Assembly (NCBI GenBank): GCA_050953065.1
Contig: JBMNLZ010000001.1
Coordinates: forward strand, 1-64,000
Reading direction: 5' to 3'
From: Bacilli bacterium
Lineage (GTDB): Bacteria; Bacillota_I; Bacilli_A; ML615J-28; CAG-698
Length of the DNA stretch: 64,000 nt
In this document: positions 57,523-64,000 of the stretch, piece by piece
How the letters are laid out: every line of letters starts with the position of its first letter
Position numbering within the stretch: position 1 is the first letter of the stretch
Translations under genes and position numbers: made by a program
The notes under the pieces: generated by a model
Told to the model about the DNA's origin: nothing
What the model saw: only the letters and a program-made list of their open reading frames with translations
Databases searched by the model: none

Positions 57523-60009
57523 ATGAAAAAAACAATTAGAATTTTAGGAGTGTTTATGCTCCTTTTATTTGTGGCATTTTTTGCATACGGATGTAAGCAA
57601 CAATTAAAAATTTCATTAGATACTAATGAAGTTGTTCTTGCAACAGGTGCAGAAATTCAAGTAGATGTAATAAGTAAAATTACTGGAGATATCACTTGGG
57701 CAACAGAAGATGAAAGTGTTGCTACTGTAGTAGATGGTAAAATTGTAGCCGTAAGTGAAGGAGAAACTTTCATTATTGTTTCAAGTGGTGGTAATAAAAT
57801 AAGAATTAAAGTAACAGTAGGTGAAGTGTTTACCATTACTTGGCTAAATTATAATGAAGAAGTTTTAGAAATAGATGAAAATGTTCTAAAAGGAACGCTT
57901 CCTTCATATGATGGAGAAACTCCAAAAAGGGGAGATTATACATTTATTGGTTGGGATCCTGAAGTAGTAGAAGTAACAGAGGATGCTACATATATTGCTC
58001 AATTTTCAGGTGTTAGAGTTTTGAAAGCAACTTGGAAAAATTGGGATGGTACGTTACTTTATGTAGATCATCAAGTAGAATATGATACTACACCAAGATT
58101 TAAAGGAAATGCTCCAACTAGAGAATCTGATGATTATTATGATTATATGTTTATAGGATGGTCTCCAGCTTTAGGACCTATCAAAGCAAATACTACTTAT
58201 ACCGCTCAATTTGCGGGAATAAAAAAAATCTTTAAAGTTACATGGCAAGATCCATGGGGTGGAATTTTAAAAGTTGATGAAGGAGTAGAAGCTGGTACTT
58301 ATGCTGATTATAGTGGGGCTATACCAACTGTGCCTGATCATCTTAATCCAGATGGAAACAAAAAATTTTATGGTTGGTGGCCAAATCCAAACAGCATTAA
58401 AATATTAACGGATACAACTTTTACAGCACAGTTTCGTGAAGTTCATACTGTTACATGGCTTAACAACGGTCAAGTGATAAAAACTGATGAAGTTTTTAAA
58501 GGAGATATGCCTGTATATAATGGAAATGAACCTACGATACCAAGGGATACTAAGTATTTTTATACTTTTAAAGCTTGGTCTCCTACTATAGAAAAGGTTA
58601 GTACTTATGATGTGGAATATGAGGCAACATATGATTGTTTTTCTGATCCAAGTCAAGAATTTGAATTTGGAGAACCTTATCATGGAACTTATGGATATTG
58701 TATAGTAGATTATAAATTGAAAGAAACTGGAGAAGAAGTAGTTATTCCACTTTGGTATGATGGAATAAGGGTTACTGAAATTGGACCATGTGCTTTTCAA
58801 AATTCTGAAAAATTAAAAACCGTTATTTTTTCAAATAATATTAAATATAGTTGGACTAGTGCTTTTGAAGGTTGTCAAGCTCTTACAAATGTTACTTTTG
58901 GTGATGGAATGACAGTGATTTTTGAGGCTATGTTTAAAGATTGTACAGGTTTGGTTACTATAGATATACCTGAATCAATTGAAGTGATTGAGATGAATGC
59001 GTTTAAAGGGTGTACTAATCTAACAACTGTAAACTTTTCAGAAGGGCTTGAAAAAATTCAATGGGGAGCTTTTGAAGATTGTAAAAAGTTAGAATATATA
59101 GATTTACCAAATACACTTGAAATAATATCTGCTTGTGCATTTAATAATTGTATAGGATTAGAAGACATCTTTTTTGCTGAAAATGGCAATTTAAAATACA
59201 TTAATTCCTACGCATTTTATGGATGTACTAGTTTACTTAAGATTGAAATTCCATCTTCAGTTGAATCAATATGGCTTTGTGCTTTTAGAGAATGTAGTAA
59301 CTTAGCACTAATTACATTTAATGAAGGACTTAAATACTTGGGTGATTATGTCTTTGCAGATTGTGAAAATTTAAAAAATTTTGAATTGCCAAGTACACTT
59401 CTACACATTGGTGATTATGCTTTTTTAAAGTGTAGATTGATAACAAGGCTTCTAATTCCAGAGAATGTTAATAAAATAGGAGTAAATCCTTTTGATGGAT
59501 GTAGAGGAATTGAAGAGATTCGTGTAGAGATTTTAAATGAATACTATGAATCTAATTCATGTGATGCAATTATTGAATCTGCTACAAATAAATTAATAGT
59601 TGCTTGTAAATCAACTGAAATTCCTAATTATGTAGAAATAATAGCATCATATGCTTTTTCTAATATGAATATAAATAAAACGATAGTGATACCAGAAAGT
59701 GTTAGAAAAATTGAATCTTTTGCATTTTATTTTTGTCATGAACTTCCACATTATAACTTTACAAAACATGATAATGAAAATCCAAGGCCGCATGAAGAAA
59801 TGTGTGTAAATTCAATTTATGTACCAAATACAGTGGAAACTATTGAAACTAGTGCTTTTGTTTTTGATGACTTGTTTTGTGCTGATGGATATACAATCCT
59901 TTATTCAATTTTCTGTGTTCATACTAATGCTACTTATGCAGCTAAAATGGATACATGGCTTGGATTAACAGATCCTTACAAAGGCTTTTTTTTCCATTGG
60001 GCTGATTAA
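57523..60009 (+). CDS. Lipoprotein with Ig-like domain, five InlB-B-like repeats and BspA-type leucine-rich repeats
   Basis: Lipobox AYGC; W.TEDESVATV.DG; five TW.N..G....F.GW.P...TY.A.F units; many AF..C..L..I.IP repeats. Confidence 0.85.
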   Translation: MKKTIRILGVFMLLLFVAFFAYGCKQQLKISLDTNEVVLATGAEIQVDVISKITGDITWATEDESVATVVDGKIVAVSEGETFIIVSSGGNKIRIKVTVGEVFTITWLNYNEEVLEIDENVLKGTLPSYDGETPKRGDYTFIGWDPEVVEVTEDATYIAQFSGVRVLKATWKNWDGTLLYVDHQVEYDTTPRFKGNAPTRESDDYYDYMFIGWSPALGPIKANTTYTAQFAGIKKIFKVTWQDPWGGILKVDEGVEAGTYADYSGAIPTVPDHLNPDGNKKFYGWWPNPNSIKILTDTTFTAQFREVHTVTWLNNGQVIKTDEVFKGDMPVYNGNEPTIPRDTKYFYTFKAWSPTIEKVSTYDVEYEATYDCFSDPSQEFEFGEPYHGTYGYCIVDYKLKETGEEVVIPLWYDGIRVTEIGPCAFQNSEKLKTVIFSNNIKYSWTSAFEGCQALTNVTFGDGMTVIFEAMFKDCTGLVTIDIPESIEVIEMNAFKGCTNLTTVNFSEGLEKIQWGAFEDCKKLEYIDLPNTLEIISACAFNNCIGLEDIFFAENGNLKYINSYAFYGCTSLLKIEIPSSVESIWLCAFRECSNLALITFNEGLKYLGDYVFADCENLKNFELPSTLLHIGDYAFLKCRLITRLLIPENVNKIGVNPFDGCRGIEEIRVEILNEYYESNSCDAIIESATNKLIVACKSTEIPNYVEIIASYAFSNMNINKTIVIPESVRKIESFAFYFCHELPHYNFTKHDNENPRPHEEMCVNSIYVPNTVETIETSAFVFDDLFCADGYTILYSIFCVHTNATYAAKMDTWLGLTDPYKGFFFHWAD

Positions 60010-60077
60010 AAGTTATCAATATTTGATTATAAATTAATATGATTTAGTAGATATATATTTGAAAAAGGAGATTTTTA

Positions 60078-62696
60078 ATGAAAAAAATTAGTGGGTTTTT
60101 ATGTTTAATGTTTATAGGGGTTGTAATTTTTTCGGGATGTGGTACTAAAACTGATAATAAAACTTATACAGTTACTTGGAAAAACTATGATGGAACTGTT
60201 CTTGAAACAGATAAGGGTGTTTTAGAAGGGACTATGCCTGAATATAATGGTGATGAACCAACAAAAGAAGGTTTTAATTTTAGTGGCTGGACTCCTGAAC
60301 TAAGTATAGTTAAAGAGAATGTTACATATGTTGCCGTATTTACCAGTGGTGATGGAACAAGTGGTGAAGAAGGTGGTGGAACAGGCGGAGAAGAAGGTGG
60401 AGGCACTGGCGAAGAAGGAACAGGTGGAGAAGTAATTGATATTGACGAATTTATTTTCGTTGATAAAGCTGATGGAGTTGCTCTAATTAGTTATTTAGGT
60501 AATAAAAGTAAAGTTGTAATTCCTGCAGTATATGAGGAAAGACCAGTTGTTTCTATTGAGCAGTGGGCATTTGAAAATAACCAAACAATGACATCAGTAG
60601 TTGTTCCAGATAGTGTTATAGAGATAAAAGAAGATGCCTTTTATGAATGTTCAACTCTAAAAACGGTTACTTTAGGTAATAGTGTAAAATCGATTGAATT
60701 AAATGCGTTTTATGGTTGCACAGTATTAGAATCTATCAATTTGCCTGAAAGCCTTATTTATTTAGGTGATGAAATATTTGCTAATTGTCCTGCGCTAACT
60801 TCAATTAGTTTGCCAAATAGTCTTGAATCTTTTGGTGGTTGGATGTTTATGGGTGCTGATGCTATAACATATACTGAATATGAAAATGGATACTATTTAG
60901 GTAATGCAACAAATCCTCATCTAGTTTTTGTGGAAATGATTGATGGATCAAAATCTACAATTACAATTCATAATAATTGTAAGATTATTGGTAATGATGC
61001 ATTTAAATATACAAATATATCAACAGTTAATTTTGGAAGTGGTGTTGAATTCATAGGTAGTGCTGCTTTTGACAGTTGTACACAGTTAACTGAAGTAATA
61101 ATCCCAAACACTGTTAAAACAATTGGTGCGATTGCTTTTAAAAACTGCTCAAATTTAACACAAGTTACGCTTGGTGATAATGTTAAATATGTTGGTGAAT
61201 CTGCTTTTTATGACTGCGCTAAATTATCAACAATTAATCTTTCTGATTCTATTGAATATATCGGCAATTCTGCTTTTGATTATTGCGATGATATAACATT
61301 AACTGAATCTAATAATGCTTATTATTTGGGAAATGTAGATAATCCACATTTATTATTATTAGAGGCTAAATCTACATCAATTAGCATAGTTACAATTAAT
61401 GAAAACACAAAATTGATTGCTGGTGCTGCTTTTAGCGGTTGTTCAAATTTAGCAACTATAACTATTCCTAAAAATGTTAAATTCATTGGTAGAAATGTCT
61501 TTTATGGATGTAGCAATTTAACTGAAGTTATCGTTGCAGATGAAAATCCAAAATTTGAAGCTCCGACTAAAACAGCTATTGTTGAAAAAGAAACCTCAAC
61601 TCTTGTTCTAGGACTTAAAAATGCTGTGATTCCAGCAGGAGTAACTAAGATAGGTGATTTCGCTTTCAGCGAATGTGAAGATTTAATGGAAATAGAGATT
61701 CCTGAAGGTGTTACATCAATAGGTGATTATGCATTTAATTGTTGCAGAAAACTAACATCTATTGAAATTCCAAATAGTGTAATATCAATTGGGGAATGTG
61801 CATTTTATGATTGTAATAAACTGGCATCATTGACACTTTCTGATAATCTAAAATATATTGATAAAAGCACATTTTATAGATGTTATCAATTGACAGATGT
61901 TACTATCCCTGATGCTATTACATATATTGACGACTATGCATTCGGTAGATGTACTGTATTAAGTAACCTTGTTTTTGGAAATAATTTAACAGTTATTGGT
62001 CAATATGCTTTTAATCAATGCGAAGCATTGACAACGATTGTTATACCTAATAATGTAAAATATGTAAATTATGGTGCTTTTTCTGACTGTATAAATGTTA
62101 CATCTATTACAATTGGTAGTGGAGTTTTGAAAATAGATAATTTAGCTTTTGCTAGATCCGATTCTACTGCAATTATTACAGTAGACGGTGATAATGAATT
62201 TTATGATTCACGAGATAATTGTAATGCAATTATTGAAACGAAAACAAATGTTCTTATAACTGGAAATAAATCTACTGTAATTCCTAATAGTGTAACGAGC
62301 ATAGCTTCACATGCTTTTTATGGTTGTGTCGGGTTAGAAGATTTAGCACTTCATGACGGTATAACTGAAATAGGTGATTATGCATTTTATAATAATACTG
62401 GATTAGCAACAGTAACTTTAGGAAAAGGGCTTGTATCTATTGGTTGTTATGCATTTAGAGGCTGTACTGAAATAAATCAAATTATTATACCAGAAAGTGT
62501 TACCAATATAGAAACTAGTGCTTTTAGAAATTGTACAAAAATAAAATTCTATGCTGAAGCAGAAAGTCAGCCAGATGGTTGGGATGGATCTTGGAATTAC
62601 AATAAATATCCAGTCTTCTGGTATAGTGAAACTTCAAATGCTGATGGTTCACATTGGCACTATGTAGATGGTATTCCAACTGTTTGGGTTTCTTAA
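60078..62696 (+). CDS. BspA-type leucine-rich repeat lipoprotein
   Basis: Lipobox FSGC; one InlB-B-like repeat; G/E linker; many IG..AF..C..L..I.IP repeats. Confidence 0.88.
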   Translation: MKKISGFLCLMFIGVVIFSGCGTKTDNKTYTVTWKNYDGTVLETDKGVLEGTMPEYNGDEPTKEGFNFSGWTPELSIVKENVTYVAVFTSGDGTSGEEGGGTGGEEGGGTGEEGTGGEVIDIDEFIFVDKADGVALISYLGNKSKVVIPAVYEERPVVSIEQWAFENNQTMTSVVVPDSVIEIKEDAFYECSTLKTVTLGNSVKSIELNAFYGCTVLESINLPESLIYLGDEIFANCPALTSISLPNSLESFGGWMFMGADAITYTEYENGYYLGNATNPHLVFVEMIDGSKSTITIHNNCKIIGNDAFKYTNISTVNFGSGVEFIGSAAFDSCTQLTEVIIPNTVKTIGAIAFKNCSNLTQVTLGDNVKYVGESAFYDCAKLSTINLSDSIEYIGNSAFDYCDDITLTESNNAYYLGNVDNPHLLLLEAKSTSISIVTINENTKLIAGAAFSGCSNLATITIPKNVKFIGRNVFYGCSNLTEVIVADENPKFEAPTKTAIVEKETSTLVLGLKNAVIPAGVTKIGDFAFSECEDLMEIEIPEGVTSIGDYAFNCCRKLTSIEIPNSVISIGECAFYDCNKLASLTLSDNLKYIDKSTFYRCYQLTDVTIPDAITYIDDYAFGRCTVLSNLVFGNNLTVIGQYAFNQCEALTTIVIPNNVKYVNYGAFSDCINVTSITIGSGVLKIDNLAFARSDSTAIITVDGDNEFYDSRDNCNAIIETKTNVLITGNKSTVIPNSVTSIASHAFYGCVGLEDLALHDGITEIGDYAFYNNTGLATVTLGKGLVSIGCYAFRGCTEINQIIIPESVTNIETSAFRNCTKIKFYAEAESQPDGWDGSWNYNKYPVFWYSETSNADGSHWHYVDGIPTVWVS
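60348..60431 (+). repeat. In-frame tandem repeat encoding a G(G)TGGEEG linker
   Basis: [28 protein letters not shown]. Confidence 0.7.
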
Positions 62697-62727
62697 ACGG
62701 TTAATTAATTTTTATATCTGTATAGAT

Positions 62728-62821
62728 AAAAAAACTTCAAAGTAATATAAAAAGTCAAAAGTTTAATTTTTTAATCACCTCCTTTTTTAAAAACTAAGAC
62801 TTAAAACTTTGAAGTTTTTTT
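62728..62821. other. Long stem-loop (terminator or small RNA) with an anti-Shine-Dalgarno sequence in the loop
   Basis: Perfect 16-bp inverted repeat AAAAAAACTTCAAAGT / ACTTTGAAGTTTTTTT, inner AAGTC/GACTT and AGTTT/AAACT pairs, apical ATCACCTCCTTT. Confidence 0.65.
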
Positions 62822-62929
62822 GTGTTTAGTTTATGTTAACAAATCACCAAAAAAATGATATAATTAATCGAATCTTAAGGAAGGAGATAGTCAGTTAGAT
62901 ATAAAAACTTAATTGATTAAATACAAAAA

Positions 62930-64000
62930 ATGATTAAACTATCAAATGTTTCTAAGTATTATCATAGTGATAGTGGTGTTGTATTAGGACTTAGAAAAAT
63001 AAATTTAGAATTAAATGTTGGAGAATTTATTGCTATTACTGGGGAAAGTGGTAGTGGTAAATCAACTTTATTAAATGTAATCTCTGGTAATGATACTTAT
63101 GAAGAAGGAGAATTATTTATAAATGGTGAAGAAACTTCACATTTTATTGAAAGTGATTGGGAAAAATATAGAAGAGATTATGTAGGATTTATATTCCAAA
63201 ATAACAATTTAATAGATAGCTATACAGTTTATGAAAATGTCTTATCTGCTTTAATAATTCAAGGATTAGATAAAAAAAATAGAAAAAAAAGAGCTAAAGA
63301 AATTATTGAAAAAGTTGGTTTAACTTCACATCTAAAGCATAAAGCAATTAAACTATCTGGAGGCCAAAAACAACGTTTAGCAATTGCAAGAGCTCTTGCA
63401 AAAGATGTCCCAATTATTGCTGCTGATGAACCAACAGGAAATCTTGATAGTGAAAGTGGAAAAGAAATAATTAAATTGTTAAATGAAGTTTCAAAAGACA
63501 AGTTAGTAGTCATAGTAACACATAATTTTGAACAAACTAAGGAGTACGTTTCTAGAAAAATAAGACTATATGATGGTGAAATAGTAGAAGATATAGAATT
63601 AAAAAGTGTTCAAAAAATTGATAAAATCAATGCAACTGAACATAAAAATACAGTTTTTAAAAAATCAATTAAATTTGGATTGCTTAACTTAAAAAGTCAA
63701 CCAATTAGAACTGCTTTTCTATTAATAATATCTTTATTATTTACGATTATTATTTTCAATATTTTTGGAAATTATTTAGCAAGTCAAGATAAATCTGATG
63801 CATATAATTCGTATTATAGTACTGTTAATAACATTTATAAGGAAAGAATAATTGTATCTAAGAAAGATAAGAGTGCTTTTACTGCTGAGGATGATACTTA
63901 TATCAATTCACTTTCAAAAGTAAAAAGAGTGATTAAACAAGATTTAGCTCTAGATGCTGAGTTGAAAGTAAATTTGGCTGTAGAGAATCAAAGTTTTTAT
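62930..64000 (+). CDS. MacB-like fused ABC ATP-binding/permease protein, running off the window end
   Basis: MIKLSNVSKYY, GESGSGKST, GFIFQ, LSGGQKQR, ADEPTGNLD, VTH, then a TM helix; no stop before 64000. Confidence 0.9.
   Translation, partial: MIKLSNVSKYYHSDSGVVLGLRKINLELNVGEFIAITGESGSGKSTLLNVISGNDTYEEGELFINGEETSHFIESDWEKYRRDYVGFIFQNNNLIDSYTVYENVLSALIIQGLDKKNRKKRAKEIIEKVGLTSHLKHKAIKLSGGQKQRLAIARALAKDVPIIAADEPTGNLDSESGKEIIKLLNEVSKDKLVVIVTHNFEQTKEYVSRKIRLYDGEIVEDIELKSVQKIDKINATEHKNTVFKKSIKFGLLNLKSQPIRTAFLLIISLLFTIIIFNIFGNYLASQDKSDAYNSYYSTVNNIYKERIIVSKKDKSAFTAEDDTYINSLSKVKRVIKQDLALDAELKVNLAVENQSFY

Noticed and set aside
1-64000. Inter-domain horizontal transfer of a 45-kb bacterial block into a methanogen
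   Set aside because: Both halves carry core genes with native signals, no mobility genes lie at the junction, and error density peaks there
18963-64000. Genetic code 4 (TGA = Trp) in the AT-rich half
   Set aside because: Long ORFs are intact in code 11, Trp is TGG, and TGA acts as a stop at 43641-43643 and 57043-57045

Overview
This window looks like a chimeric contig rather than one genome. Positions 1 to ~17515 are GC-rich DNA of a Methanomicrobiales-type methanogen (Methanoculleus-like, by inference). This part holds purM, aspartate kinase, tfrAB, two intact MNT-HEPN toxin-antitoxin pairs plus decayed TA fragments, several MITE-like repeats, an orphan IS200/IS605-type right end and an oxidative-stress cluster. 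Positions ~17515-18962 are three short unrelated fragments: PPC-repeat protein, cleaved-adhesin domain and an unknown membrane fragment. Positions ~18963-64000 are very AT-rich DNA of a code-11 Mollicutes/Bacilli-type bacterium (Acholeplasmatales/Izemoplasmatales-like, by inference), beginning inside a frameshift-riddled tex gene. This part holds housekeeping genes, a 6S RNA and three tRNAs. It also carries a membrane-anchored SF2 helicase next to tRNA-Leu, a PARIS-like ATPase/TOPRIM pair next to tRNA-Cys, and a LytTR-DUF3021-LRR lipoprotein operon. The most novel-looking signals are two ribosome-binding sites where an identical TAAGGAAGGAGA is separated from the ATG by a hairpin, a long stem-loop displaying an anti-Shine-Dalgarno sequence, and MITEs inserted at (C/G)TAG stop codons, including a tandem array. 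All calls come from reading motifs by eye; no database search was run.
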